Source of the DNA: Thermoanaerobaculia bacterium
GTDB taxonomy: Bacteria > Acidobacteriota > Thermoanaerobaculia > Multivoradales > J023
Direction of reading: 5' to 3'
NCBI GenBank assembly: GCA_028066595.1
Contig: JALCBJ010000005.1
Coordinates: 43,933-107,932 of the forward strand
Length of the DNA: 64,000 bases
The notes beneath the pieces are model-generated. The model saw only the letters and a program-made list of their open reading frames with translations, had not been told where the DNA came from and searched no databases. This document shows, in pieces, positions 20,778-31,046 of this stretch. The first letter of the stretch is position 1. The number at the start of each line of letters is the position of its first letter. Position numbers and translations under genes: made by a program.

Positions 20778-22304
20778 ATGAGCTTCCAGTCCGAAATCAA
20801 CCCGAGTCATGAACCCACGAGAATTCCCGGCCGTCGGTTCGTCACCCTACTCTTGGTCGCGGCGGCCGTCGCGCTAGGGCTGACCCTCGGTGGCATCTAT
20901 GATCTGGCACCCGACAGTTTTGCCCAGACAGGAGCCACGGCGGTTCGCGTTTCACCGAGCACGGTCACCGGTGGCCTACCGAGTTTTGCCGAGTTGGCGG
21001 ACGCCGTGTCACCTGCCGTGGTCTCGATCCAGGCTGTGAAGATCGAGCGGGGGTCGCAGCGCGGCAACGCCTTGGAGTTCTTCTTCGGCCCTCGCGGGCA
21101 ACAGCCGCAGGGTCCTCAGCCGGAAGGCCGGAGGGCCGACTCGGCGGGCTCGGGATTCTTGATCAGCGCAGACGGTTTGGTCGTGACGAACCATCACGTG
21201 ATCGAGGGAGCAGACAATCTCGTGGTGTTCCGTGACGGTGAGGAGTTTCAGGCAGAGCTGGTAGGCGACGATCCCGCTACCGACATTGCGCTCCTGCAGC
21301 TCGAGACCAACGAGGAGCTGCCGTATTTGGAGCTGGCTGACAGCGATCGGGTCCGAGTCGGCGACTGGTTGATGGTGATCGGCAGCCCGTTGCAGCTCAA
21401 CAACTCGGTATCGGTAGGCGTCGTGTCGGCCAAGGGGCGGAGCATCAACATCACGCCCGATCGCAGCCTCGAGAACTTCATTCAGACCGATGCGGCGATC
21501 AACTTCGGAAATTCCGGTGGTCCGCTGGTCAATCTGCAAGGGCAGGTGATCGGTATCGCGACGGCGATCAACTTTGGTGCCGAGAACATAGGCTTTGCTG
21601 TCCCGGTCAACATTCTCTCGTCCATCCTGCCGCAGCTTCGCGAGACCGGAACGGTCAGCCGTGGCTACATCGGTGTGGATATCACCAATCTGGACGAGGA
21701 GACGGCGGCAGCTTTCGGTTTGGATCAGCCCCGCGGTGCCTTGGTCAACACGGTGCGGCCGGACACGCCGGCGCAAAAGGCCGGGCTCGAGCATGGCGAC
21801 ATCATCGTCCGTGTCGACGACGAGGAAGTCGTCGAGAATCGCGATCTCATCGACTATGTGTCGGCTCTCCGTCCGGGCACGAAGGTTCAGCTGCGTGTGC
21901 TGCGAGGCCGCGAATACCAGAACGTCGAGCTCGAGCTCGGTCAGCGCCCTGGAAGCGGCGAAGCTGTGGCTCAGATACAACCGGAGGAGGAAGGTGCCAT
22001 CGAGTGGCTGGGGATTCAGTACCAGGATGCCACCCCGCAGATCCGGTCCCAGCACAACATGCCCGAAGATCTCGAAGGGGTTCTGATCACGGTAGTGGAG
22101 CCCGACAGTCCGCTATATGACAAGAACGTCCGTCCACTCGATGTGCTGACAGAAGTCAACGGCCACAAGGTCGAATCTGTCGAAGCCTTCGAGGATGCCG
22201 TCGAGAGTGTGGAGTCGGGCGGCTTCCTGCGCCTCTACTTGACTCGGTTCGATGCGCGCTCCGGCGCTTCGCGGGCCTACTTCGCCATCGTCCGCGTGCC
22301 CTGA
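20778..22304 (+). CDS. htrA: periplasmic serine endoprotease DegP/HtrA family (trypsin domain plus 2 PDZ)
   Basis: Signal/TM N-terminus. Catalytic 'GNSGGPLVN' motif. AGGAGGG RBS. Confidence 0.85.
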   Translation: MSFQSEINPSHEPTRIPGRRFVTLLLVAAAVALGLTLGGIYDLAPDSFAQTGATAVRVSPSTVTGGLPSFAELADAVSPAVVSIQAVKIERGSQRGNALEFFFGPRGQQPQGPQPEGRRADSAGSGFLISADGLVVTNHHVIEGADNLVVFRDGEEFQAELVGDDPATDIALLQLETNEELPYLELADSDRVRVGDWLMVIGSPLQLNNSVSVGVVSAKGRSINITPDRSLENFIQTDAAINFGNSGGPLVNLQGQVIGIATAINFGAENIGFAVPVNILSSILPQLRETGTVSRGYIGVDITNLDEETAAAFGLDQPRGALVNTVRPDTPAQKAGLEHGDIIVRVDDEEVVENRDLIDYVSALRPGTKVQLRVLRGREYQNVELELGQRPGSGEAVAQIQPEEEGAIEWLGIQYQDATPQIRSQHNMPEDLEGVLITVVEPDSPLYDKNVRPLDVLTEVNGHKVESVEAFEDAVESVESGGFLRLYLTRFDARSGASRAYFAIVRVP

Positions 22305-22311
22305 GCCCGAG

Positions 22312-23682
22312 ATGGCAAAGGAGGGCGACAACCAAGGTACGGTTCTCATCGTCGACGACGAGGAGTCGATACGAGACAGCCTGCGGATGATCTTGGAATT
22401 CGAGGGCTACAGGGTCGACGAAGCCGTCAGCGGCTCGTCGGCCCTGGCGCGGGTCGCCGAAGGCGCGCCGGAAGCGGTTCTGCTTGACGTCAAGATGCCG
22501 GAGATGGATGGTCTCGAGGTGCTCTCGGCATTTCGCGAACGGGGCTACGAGATGCCGGTGTTGATGATCAGCGGCCATGGTGACGTGCGGACGGCTGCAG
22601 ATGCCACGCGCCGAGGGGCTTTCGACTTCTTCGAGAAGCCACTACAGCGCGACAAGGTGTTGGTGGGGATACGCAACGCAATAGACACCTACCGATTGAA
22701 GAGCGAGAACCGAGTTGCACGCCACGAGCCCGACGAGCTGATCGGCGCGTCGCCTGCGCTCGAAGGTCTACGCGCCACGATTGCCAAAGCGGCCCCTACT
22801 CCCGCCACAGTGCTTGTACGCGGCGAGTCGGGTACAGGCAAGGAGCTGGTCGCGCGCGCGATCCACCGACTGTCTCCTCGTCGCGACCGGAGCTTCGTGC
22901 AGGTCAACTGCGCCGCCATTCCGGACGAGCTCATCGAGTCGGAGCTGTTCGGCCACGAGAAGGGCAGTTTCACGGGTGCGTCCAGAAAACAGACAGGAAA
23001 GTTCGTGGCAGCCCACGGTGGCACGATCTTCCTCGACGAAGTGGGCGACATGTCGGCGCGAACCCAGGCCAAAGTGCTGAGGGCACTTCAATACGGCGAA
23101 GTGGAACCGGTGGGTGCCGCCAAGTCCATCAAGGTGGATGTCCGCGTGGTCGCCGCGACGCATCGCGACCTCGAGCAGGAGATCGAGGACGGCACGTTTC
23201 GAGAAGATCTCTTCTACCGCCTCAACGTGGTGCCGGTGCGCACGCCGGCTCTGCGGGAGCACCTGGAGGATCTACCGATCCTCGTCGACTACTTCGTCAA
23301 CCGCTATGCCGAGACGAGCAACTACAAGCCGAAGACGTTCACACAGTCGGCGATCGATCATTTGAAGACGCTTCCATGGAAAGGCAACGTGCGTGAGCTC
23401 AAGAATCTCGTCGAACGGTTGTTGATCTTGGCGCCGAACGACGAGATCTCGAAGGAGGACATCTTCGCTCTCACCGGCGGCGCGAAGGCGGAGATCTCCG
23501 AATCTCTACTCGCACTCAAGACTCTGCGGGAATTCCGCGAGCACAGCGAAAAGCTCTTCCTGCTACACCAGCTCGAGCTCCATGGCTGGAACGTCACGCA
23601 GACGGCCCAGTCGATCGAAACGCCACGGTCGAACCTCTACAAGAAGATGGATCAATACGCCATCAGTCGCGACGACGGCTGA
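22312..23682 (+). CDS. sigma-54-dependent response regulator (NtrC family: REC + AAA+ + HTH)
   Basis: REC 'VLIVDDEESIRD'. Walker A 'GESGTGKE'. GAFTGA-like 'GSFTGA'. C-terminal Fis-type HTH. Confidence 0.85.
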   Translation: MAKEGDNQGTVLIVDDEESIRDSLRMILEFEGYRVDEAVSGSSALARVAEGAPEAVLLDVKMPEMDGLEVLSAFRERGYEMPVLMISGHGDVRTAADATRRGAFDFFEKPLQRDKVLVGIRNAIDTYRLKSENRVARHEPDELIGASPALEGLRATIAKAAPTPATVLVRGESGTGKELVARAIHRLSPRRDRSFVQVNCAAIPDELIESELFGHEKGSFTGASRKQTGKFVAAHGGTIFLDEVGDMSARTQAKVLRALQYGEVEPVGAAKSIKVDVRVVAATHRDLEQEIEDGTFREDLFYRLNVVPVRTPALREHLEDLPILVDYFVNRYAETSNYKPKTFTQSAIDHLKTLPWKGNVRELKNLVERLLILAPNDEISKEDIFALTGGAKAEISESLLALKTLREFREHSEKLFLLHQLELHGWNVTQTAQSIETPRSNLYKKMDQYAISRDDG

Positions 23683-23922
23683 GGCGCGCGGACAGCCTCC
23701 CAGATCGCCACCGCAGGTGGTGTGCACGACAGCTCGCGCCGTAGGGGGGCGCCGTTGGCGATCTCCCTCGTCATTGACCCCCTGCCGAACCCGGCGGTAC
23801 GCTTGATGTCCGCTCGGGATCTTCCTTTTCCCGCCCTCGACGAAGCCCGAGCCTCTCCATTCCGATTCAGACAACGACTGCCGCCGTCGTCCGGATCCCG
23901 GTCGACCTGCGGAGGAGATGCC

Positions 23923-25068
23923 ATGCATATCGAGTTGAGCGACGAGCAGAAAATGCTCCGCGAAGAGGTCCGCCGCTTCGCCGCAGAAGTGGTGAAGCCC
24001 ATCGCGAAGGAAGTGGATGCCGATGGCCTCTTTCCGATCGATTCCATTCGGCAGGCCGGCGAGTTGGGCTTGATGGGTGTCTCCGTTCCCGAGGAGTGGG
24101 GAGGTGCCGGAATGGACCCTCTGTCCTACTGCCTGGCGATCGAGGAAATCAGCGCGGTGTGCGGCTCCACCGGTGTGATTCTCTCGGTCAACAATTCCCT
24201 CGTCTGCGACCCGTTGGTGAAATGGGCCGACGACGAGCAGAAAGAGCGGTGGCTCAAGCCCTTGGCGGCCGGTGAACGTCTGGGCTGTTTCGGTCTGACG
24301 GAGCCGGGTGCAGGGTCCGATGCTGCGGCGCTCCGAAGCTCGGCAGTTCGTGATGGCGACGAGTACGTCATCAACGGCAACAAGGTCTTCATCACCAACG
24401 GCACCCACGCGGATACCGCCCTGATCTTCGCCACGGTCGACCCCGAGGAGAAGCATCGCGGCATCACCGCGTTCATTGTCGACAAGGACACGCCGGGCTA
24501 TTCCCACGGCCATCATGAGTACAAGCTCGGCGTCAACGGTTCCGGGACCACGGAGCTGTCGTTCGAAGACATGCGGGTCCCCGCATCACAACGGATCGGA
24601 GCCGAGGGTGATGGCTTCAAGATCGCGATGTCTACTCTCGATGGAGGCCGTGTCGGGATCGCGGCCCAGGCCGTGGGGATCGCTCGCGGGGCCTTCCACG
24701 AAGCCGTCGACTACGCCAAGGAACGCGAGCAGTTCGGCACCTCCATCTCGAACTTTCAGGCGATCCAGCACTATCTTGCCGACATGTCCACCGAGCTCGA
24801 CGCGGCACGGCTATTGACCTGGAAGGCGGCGTGGGCGAAGGAGAACAGGTCGCGCTATTCCTTGGAGGCCGCACAAGCCAAGCTCTTTTCGTCCGAGATG
24901 GCTCAGCGGGTGACCAACCTAGCCGTCCAGATCCACGGCGGCTACGGGTACATCCGGGAGTACAACGTCGAGCGCTACTTCCGCGATGCTCGAATCACTG
25001 AGATCTATGAGGGCACCAGCGAGATCCAGAAGCTGGTGATCGCCGACTGGATCCTCAACAAGAGCTGA
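23923..25068 (+). CDS. acyl-CoA dehydrogenase (short/branched-chain type)
   Basis: 381 aa. GGAGGA RBS. ACAD N, M and C domains, with 'YEGTSEIQ'. Confidence 0.85.
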   Translation: MHIELSDEQKMLREEVRRFAAEVVKPIAKEVDADGLFPIDSIRQAGELGLMGVSVPEEWGGAGMDPLSYCLAIEEISAVCGSTGVILSVNNSLVCDPLVKWADDEQKERWLKPLAAGERLGCFGLTEPGAGSDAAALRSSAVRDGDEYVINGNKVFITNGTHADTALIFATVDPEEKHRGITAFIVDKDTPGYSHGHHEYKLGVNGSGTTELSFEDMRVPASQRIGAEGDGFKIAMSTLDGGRVGIAAQAVGIARGAFHEAVDYAKEREQFGTSISNFQAIQHYLADMSTELDAARLLTWKAAWAKENRSRYSLEAAQAKLFSSEMAQRVTNLAVQIHGGYGYIREYNVERYFRDARITEIYEGTSEIQKLVIADWILNKS

Positions 25069-25077
25069 GGGCCCGGC

Positions 25078-26223
25078 ATGAGCACCCTCACTTTCGACCT
25101 TGCCGAAGAGCAAAAGCTACTGGTCGAGGAAGTTCGGCGTTTCGCCGAGGAGGAGATCCGGCCCGGCACGGCCGATCGAGATCGAGGCCACGAATTCCCG
25201 GTCGAGCTGATTGCTGAGTTGGGGGAGTTGGGTCTCCTCGGAATGATGGTCGAGGAACGCTACGGGGGACCGGGCTTCGATCCGCTGACGTATTGCTTGG
25301 CTGTCGAAGAGCTGGCGGCGGTTTGTCCCTCCATCTCGGTAACCATGTCGGTGACGAACTCTGTCTGTTGCTGGCCGATCCAGAGGTTCGGAACCGAGGA
25401 GCTGAAGCAGCGGGTGCTGCCGGAGCTGGCGTCCGGCGAAGCTATCGGCGGATTCGGATTGACTGAGCCGGGCTCGGGCTCTGATGCTGGAGCGATGAGG
25501 ACTACTGCGCGTCGAGACGGTGACGAGTGGGTGATCGACGGCGAGAAGGCCTGGATCACGAACGGGGCCTACGGCAAGTACTTCGTGGTTCTGGCACGCT
25601 CCGATGCTCGGGCCGGCACCAAAGGTATTTCAGCGTTCGTCGTGCCGTCCGATGCGCCAGGATTTCGCGTCGGGCAAGCCGAAGAGAAACTCGGCCTGCG
25701 GGCGTCCAACACCACGGCGCTTTACTTCGACGAGTGCCGGATTCCGGCTGCCAACCTGTTGGCCGAAGAGGGTCTCGGCTTCGCGATCGCCATGGCAACC
25801 CTCGATCACTCCCGACTGGGCATTGCGGCCCAGTGCATCGGTATCCACCGCCGTGCCTTGGAGCTGGGCGTCGCCTATGCGCGAGAGAGAGTACAGTTCG
25901 GCAAGCCGATCGCTCAGCATCAGGCAATCCAGTTCAAGCTTGCGCAGATCTCCACGGAGTTGGCGGCTGCCCAGGCGTTGACGTATCACGCAGCTCTGCG
26001 CGAAGACTCACCGGACGCGGGGCGCCACGCATCGCAAGCCAAGCTGTTCGCCTCAGAAGCCGCGAATCGTGCGTGCTGGGAGTCGCTGCAGATCCACGGT
26101 GGCAACGGATTCTGCGAAGACTACGAGATTGCCCGCCTATACCGCGACGTACGCGTGACGACCATCTATGAGGGTACGAGCGAGATGCAGCGGATGGTCA
26201 TCGCACGACACCTCACTCGCTAG
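25078..26223 (+). CDS. acyl-CoA dehydrogenase (second, paralogous)
   Basis: 381 aa. 'YEGTSEMQ'. Tandem with the previous gene. Confidence 0.85.
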   Translation: MSTLTFDLAEEQKLLVEEVRRFAEEEIRPGTADRDRGHEFPVELIAELGELGLLGMMVEERYGGPGFDPLTYCLAVEELAAVCPSISVTMSVTNSVCCWPIQRFGTEELKQRVLPELASGEAIGGFGLTEPGSGSDAGAMRTTARRDGDEWVIDGEKAWITNGAYGKYFVVLARSDARAGTKGISAFVVPSDAPGFRVGQAEEKLGLRASNTTALYFDECRIPAANLLAEEGLGFAIAMATLDHSRLGIAAQCIGIHRRALELGVAYARERVQFGKPIAQHQAIQFKLAQISTELAAAQALTYHAALREDSPDAGRHASQAKLFASEAANRACWESLQIHGGNGFCEDYEIARLYRDVRVTTIYEGTSEMQRMVIARHLTR

Positions 26224-26229
26224 TAGCCC

Positions 26230-28074
26230 GTGGCGCGACCTTCCCCCCAGCCGAGCGGTCGGTCGGTCGCGTCGTTGGTCGCAGTTTCGGGCCTCGCGTC
26301 GGTCTCGGGGGTCGAGCTGTGGCGGCTTGCGGTCTCGTCGTCCACGACGCCGCAGTGGGACATGGCCAAGTACGGCGTATCGGCCCTGCGGCTGGCCGAC
26401 GCCGTGCGTCAGCTAGACCCGCTAGGATGGCTGGCGGAGATCCACGGCCTATCGACGTGGCCGCCGGTCTGGCCGTTGGTCCAATCGGTGGCGTTTCTCT
26501 GCTTCGGTGCCGACGTGTCCGTGGCGCGGGGGCTGGTGGCTGTTTGTTGGGCCTTGGCGGTCGTCGCAGCGTTCTGGGCGGTGCGGCCACTGGTACCGGG
26601 AATCCATGGTGATGCTGCGGGGCTAATGGCAGCAGCTTGGGTTGCACAGGCTCCTCTTCTCCAAGCTCTGGCGACCGTCAACCTCTTGGAGGTCCCTGGA
26701 GTTCTCGGTTTGCTGGTGTGCCTGGGCTGTGCCGCACGGGCGCTCGATCCGGAGGCCGATACAAGGCGCCGGGCCCGCTGGTGGCGCGTTACCTGGATCA
26801 CCTCGTTGTTGCTCTTCTTCCTGAAATACAACTACGGCCTGCTTTGGCTCGCGCCGTTGTTTTCAGCGGAGCTGGTTCGGCGGCGAGGCAGCTGGCGGCA
26901 GCTCGCCAGCTGGCTCTGGATGAAGATCCGCGGTGTTCGCTGGACTCCTTGGACCAGTTTCCTCACAGTAGCTCTAGGCGCGCTGGTAGTCATGCGGTAC
27001 ACAGGCGGTATCGACGTCGAGGTGTTGGGTCGACGGCTGCGCGCTACCTCCGTTGGCAATCCCGCCTACGTGCTGCTCCTCCTCGTGTGCATTCGCTCGA
27101 TGGCAGGCGGGAAGGAGGCCTGGCGCCGTCTCCGGCGCCATTGGCGCGCGGTCGATACGTCCTGGCATGGGCTCGTGAGCTTGCTCGTGGCCCCGATACT
27201 CGGCTGGATGCTGCTACCGCCGCACGTCAAGGAGTTCTTCGGTTTTGTCGAGAACCGCTCGTCGGACCTCGGATTCGGAGCATCGATGGCCTTCTATCCG
27301 CGGGTGTTCGTCGAGCAGTACTCCTCCGGCCAAGGTATGGGTTGGCTCGTCCTGGCACTCGGCGCGGCCGCAATGATCTGGCTGGTCTCGGACGAACCAC
27401 GCCATCGATTGCTCGCGCTGACGACCGTTACGGCCTGGTGTGCGCTCTGGGCCCATCCTTACAAGCTGTCGCGTTTCGGCGTCCAAGCGGCTGTATTGAC
27501 CGGCGCTCTGGCTTCGGTTTGGCTGGTCGCGGTGGATGGTCGACGTCTTCGCGGAGCGTGGGTGTCGGTACCTGCGACAGTCGCTGTATTGGGAGTACTC
27601 GCCCTCGGAGTCGACCGTAGCTTCGTCATGCGGCAACACGAAGTGCGGACCGTTTCTGGAGATTCGGTGGTCGCTGCCGAAGAAGCTGCCCGGGTCGCTC
27701 TGAGAGACGGGATCGTGCTCGGGACCTGGAACGAGTTGAGCCCAGGTTGGGTGGAATGGCGAGCCCGGCGCGCACAGACTGTGACCGCAGGTTGGAGGCC
27801 TGTCACGACCCTAGACCTCGATCGAAGGCAGCGAGCCGAGGCCGTGACTCACCATCTGGAGACCGGAACCTGTAGGCCGGTGGCCTTCATCGACCCGAAG
27901 TGCCAGGGTTGGCTCGAGGAGAATTCCTGGCTGGAGCCTGTCGAAGCTCGGCTCCGATCGGCCAGCAGTCGATGGCGCGCTCGGCCGGCCGCTGCGGGGC
28001 TCGCCGTCTTCGAATGCAGGTCTGGGGGCGACGAATCTGTCGGGCGAGTCCTGGGGCGGGAAAGGAAGCCCTAA
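26230..28074 (+). CDS. polytopic membrane glycosyltransferase, GT39/ArnT/PMT-like (start uncertain: GTG 26230 or ATG 26362)
   Basis: The N-terminal loop '...DMAKYG...LGWLAEIHGLSTWPPVWPLVQSVAFLCFGADVSVAR' resembles the DE...KPPL...LFG...R signature of PMT/ArnT-family enzymes. About 12 TM helices. Confidence 0.5.
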   Translation: MARPSPQPSGRSVASLVAVSGLASVSGVELWRLAVSSSTTPQWDMAKYGVSALRLADAVRQLDPLGWLAEIHGLSTWPPVWPLVQSVAFLCFGADVSVARGLVAVCWALAVVAAFWAVRPLVPGIHGDAAGLMAAAWVAQAPLLQALATVNLLEVPGVLGLLVCLGCAARALDPEADTRRRARWWRVTWITSLLLFFLKYNYGLLWLAPLFSAELVRRRGSWRQLASWLWMKIRGVRWTPWTSFLTVALGALVVMRYTGGIDVEVLGRRLRATSVGNPAYVLLLLVCIRSMAGGKEAWRRLRRHWRAVDTSWHGLVSLLVAPILGWMLLPPHVKEFFGFVENRSSDLGFGASMAFYPRVFVEQYSSGQGMGWLVLALGAAAMIWLVSDEPRHRLLALTTVTAWCALWAHPYKLSRFGVQAAVLTGALASVWLVAVDGRRLRGAWVSVPATVAVLGVLALGVDRSFVMRQHEVRTVSGDSVVAAEEAARVALRDGIVLGTWNELSPGWVEWRARRAQTVTAGWRPVTTLDLDRRQRAEAVTHHLETGTCRPVAFIDPKCQGWLEENSWLEPVEARLRSASSRWRARPAAAGLAVFECRSGGDESVGRVLGRERKP

Positions 28075-28433
28075 GAGGATTCACCCACTCGACCTTTCCA
28101 GGACTCGTCGTCCAACAGACCTCTGTGCCGCAACTCCTCGAACTGCGCGTCATATCGGTCCAATCGGCTCCGGATCTCGTCGAGTGGAAGCGAGGTCGAT
28201 CGATCGTCGAGCGGGTGGAAGAACTCCGCAACGGAAGTACCGGTGGCCGTCAGGATCGCAAGGACGTGGACCAGAGTCAGGGTGATTCTTCCCTGAAAGA
28301 CCTGGCTCAAGTAGCCGCGCGACCAACCACACTGGATCTCTACGGTGCGCTGATTCGTCCCCCGCTCTCGCAGAAGACGCTTCAGATCCTCGCGAGTGTC
28401 GTCGACCTGTTTTTCGATCTCGGTGATGTCCAT
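28071..28433 (-). CDS. XRE-family helix-turn-helix transcriptional regulator (start uncertain)
   Basis: HTH_XRE-like 'QRTVEIQCGWSRGYLSQVFQGRITLTLVHVLAILTATGTSVAEFF'. Confidence 0.45.
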   Translation of the reverse strand: MDITEIEKQVDDTREDLKRLLRERGTNQRTVEIQCGWSRGYLSQVFQGRITLTLVHVLAILTATGTSVAEFFHPLDDRSTSLPLDEIRSRLDRYDAQFEELRHRGLLDDESWKGRVGESS

Positions 28434-28568
28434 CGGTCGTAAATTATACCACAGATCGTTCTTTCGGCGACTTTTATGGGTCATCGTATTGCATTGTACG
28501 TATTGTCGTGCCATCATCGTATGACGCTTGATTACCGCCTGATGCCCCACCTCAGCTTGGAGATGCAG

Positions 28569-28979
28569 ATGGACTCGATGGAAGGACAGATTGTGATTCG
28601 ACTGGCCGGAACCAGACACTCAGCGGCGCCACAGACTCAATTCGTGACGGCGCCTGCGACCGAAGGAACAGAGGTCGTGATCCGTGCCACCGAAGATGTC
28701 CAGCCCGTGTGTTGCGACTCCTGCGGCACCGCCTTCGCAAGCGGTGGTCCCATGGCCTTCGCCTCCGACCGACCTCTGTGCGACAGGTGTGTCTTCGACC
28801 GCGACGCACAACTGGCCATGGTCTTGGCCGCAGTCAGCGTGCTGCGGGCTTTCGGCTCAGCGAAGACATCGGACCTCGACGCGCAGGCGGCACTCGACCT
28901 GCTGCGCTTCGCCCGCCTCTACGAGACCTTCGCCGGGCGACACGGATCGCGCCGGGAGCCGGAGCTCCCAGCACCGTGA
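28569..28979 (+). CDS. hypothetical small protein with CxxC...CxxC (zinc-ribbon-like) motif
   Basis: GGAG RBS 6 nt before the ATG at 28569. Cysteine motif 'CCDSCGTAF...CDRC'. Divergent from the XRE gene across an AT-rich region. Confidence 0.4.
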   Translation: MDSMEGQIVIRLAGTRHSAAPQTQFVTAPATEGTEVVIRATEDVQPVCCDSCGTAFASGGPMAFASDRPLCDRCVFDRDAQLAMVLAAVSVLRAFGSAKTSDLDAQAALDLLRFARLYETFAGRHGSRREPELPAP

Positions 28980-28995
28980 ATATCGCAGCCTCGAC

Positions 28996-29973
28996 TCAGC
29001 CCAAGAGTTCCTCGATGGCAGCGCGTTCTTCGTGCAGCTCGGCTTCGGTGGCATCCATCCGATGCCGACTGAAGTCGTCGATGTCGAGCCCCTGGACGAT
29101 TTCGTAGCGACCATCACGGCAGGTGACCGGATAGGAATACACGATTCCTCCCTCGATCCCATAGGAGCCATCCGATGGTACGGCCATGCTCACCCAGTCT
29201 CCGTCAGCCGTGCCGTCGAGCCAGGTACGGACGTGATCGATGGCTGCCGAGGCTGCCGAGGCTGCCGAGGAAGCTCCGCGCGCCTTGATGATGGCGGCGC
29301 CACGCTGCTGGACGGTCGGGATGAAATCGGTCTCGATCCAATTCTGATCCACGAGCTCTTTCGCAGACTTTCCGGCGACAGTGCAGTGGCTGAGGTCCGG
29401 GTATTGGGTCGAAGAGTGGTTTCCCCAGATCGTCAGACGATGTACGTCCGTTGCATGGTAGCCAGTACGGGCCGCCAGCTGGTTGATGGCTCTGTTGTGA
29501 TCCAGTCGAGTCATCGCCGTGAACTGGCGGTGATCCAGGTCTGGCGCGTTCGAGGCGGCGATCAGAGCGTTGGTGTTGGCCGGATTACCCACGACGAGGA
29601 CCCGGACGTCGCGGCTGGCCTGGGCGTTCAGTGCCTTGCCCTGAGCCGAGAAAATGCGGGCGTTGGCTTGTAGCAGGTCTTTACGTTCCATCCCCGGGCC
29701 GCGGGGTCGAGCTCCGACGAGAAGTGCCACGTCGGCACCATCGAATGCCTCTTCAGGCTCTACGGTCGCCACGATGTCGTGCAACCAAGGGAAGGCGCAG
29801 TCGCGGAGCTCCATCACCACGCCCTGCAGAGCGTCTAAAGCAGGGGGGATCTCGAGAAGGTGCAAGGAAAGCGGTCGGTCGCCTAGCAGCTGGCCCGAGG
29901 CGGCCCGGAAGGCGAGTTGATATCCAATCTGACCGGCGGCGCCCGTAATGGCGACGCGCTGGGGCTGAGTCAT
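28996..29973 (-). CDS. mdh: malate dehydrogenase (NAD-dependent, LDH-like/cytosolic-type family)
   Basis: '[12 protein letters not shown]' NAD motif. 'GNPANTNA'. 325 aa from the ATG at 29971-29973. Confidence 0.9.
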   Translation of the reverse strand: MTQPQRVAITGAAGQIGYQLAFRAASGQLLGDRPLSLHLLEIPPALDALQGVVMELRDCAFPWLHDIVATVEPEEAFDGADVALLVGARPRGPGMERKDLLQANARIFSAQGKALNAQASRDVRVLVVGNPANTNALIAASNAPDLDHRQFTAMTRLDHNRAINQLAARTGYHATDVHRLTIWGNHSSTQYPDLSHCTVAGKSAKELVDQNWIETDFIPTVQQRGAAIIKARGASSAASAASAAIDHVRTWLDGTADGDWVSMAVPSDGSYGIEGGIVYSYPVTCRDGRYEIVQGLDIDDFSRHRMDATEAELHEERAAIEELLG

Positions 29974-30197
29974 GGGGAGGGCTCCTTTGAGCAAAATGTC
30001 GAGGATTTCCTGCGAGTACGATGAAATCGTAACATCGGCCGGTCCCACCAATCCGCGGCGTGCGTAAGTTGTGATGAAACAAGGCCCTACGCCGCTGGCA
30101 GTCATGATAGCTTCGACTCGCCGCATGGTGCGGCGACATAGAACGAGTGTCGAACACGCTAGAATCAGCGTTTCATCCTCAGCCGCTCGGAGCGTTC

Positions 30198-31046
30198 ATG
30201 CCGACCCAAAAGACTGTCCCTCGCTCAATACTCCATCTCGTCGCCTCGCTGGCGATCGCTACGTTCCTGCCGTTGGCTGCGACAGCCCAAGACGGGCCGG
30301 CCTTCGAGAGTCTCGAACTGGACAAGCGCGATGCGCCGGCCAGTCGTTTGCTTCTGCCCTACTACACGGTGGACATGAACAATCCGGCAGGCGCGTCGAC
30401 ACTGTGGGCTTTGCGTAACGAGTCTCTTCTCGACCTCACGGTGACCATCGAGTACTACGAGGCGGATTCGCCCCAAGCCCCACAGATCCCGCCGATCGAG
30501 ATCGTCCTCAGTGGCAAGGAGGTCCGGACGGGCAACATCCGTGACGTTGCCAATTTGGAGGTGGACGGCGACGGTTTTGCCCGGGGCTTCGTGGTCTTCA
30601 CCGCGGAAGGCAACAGGGGAGATCTCTATGGCGACTACTTCGTCATCACGTCCGATCAGGACTTTGCGGAGGGATCGCTGTTGGTCGACGCTACCGATAC
30701 GGTGGACTCCGACCTGTGCAACCTCTTCTCTCTGCGTTTCTTGAAAGGTGGTGGCTTCGGCGGTTCCACCGACGTGATCATCTGGGTGGAATCCGACACG
30801 GCTCCGCTCGCACCTGGGACGGTCACCTACTCTCTGTACAACGCTGCCGGCGAGTTACTCAGCTTCGACAATCTCTTCCTCGATGTCGTCACCACACGAT
30901 TCGATATCGACAGCTTGGCACCAGACAACCTAAACGGCGGCGCTTTGGAGATTCAGTTCGCCGAGGGTGTACGCGGTCATGTGGCGCTGGCCATGGCCGC
31001 TACCGGCAGATACTCGGTCGGCTTCGACGCCGTCTGCAAGAACTAG
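30198..31046 (+). CDS. secreted hypothetical protein
   Basis: Signal peptide 'MPTQKTVPRSILHLVASLAIATFLPLAATAQD'. No recognisable domain. Confidence 0.45.
   Translation: MPTQKTVPRSILHLVASLAIATFLPLAATAQDGPAFESLELDKRDAPASRLLLPYYTVDMNNPAGASTLWALRNESLLDLTVTIEYYEADSPQAPQIPPIEIVLSGKEVRTGNIRDVANLEVDGDGFARGFVVFTAEGNRGDLYGDYFVITSDQDFAEGSLLVDATDTVDSDLCNLFSLRFLKGGGFGGSTDVIIWVESDTAPLAPGTVTYSLYNAAGELLSFDNLFLDVVTTRFDIDSLAPDNLNGGALEIQFAEGVRGHVALAMAATGRYSVGFDAVCKN

Noticed and set aside
23683-23922. Sigma-54 promoter (GG-N10-GC) upstream of the ACAD operon
   Set aside because: Several partial matches (for example near 'tggtgtgcacgacagctcgc') but none with correct -24/-12 spacing by eye. Left as a check rather than a call.
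29245-29275. Perfect 9-bp tandem repeat GCTGCCGAG x3 inside mdh
   Set aside because: It encodes the conserved [10 protein letters not shown] segment of malate dehydrogenase at normal length. It is a coding coincidence, not a CRISPR or minisatellite.
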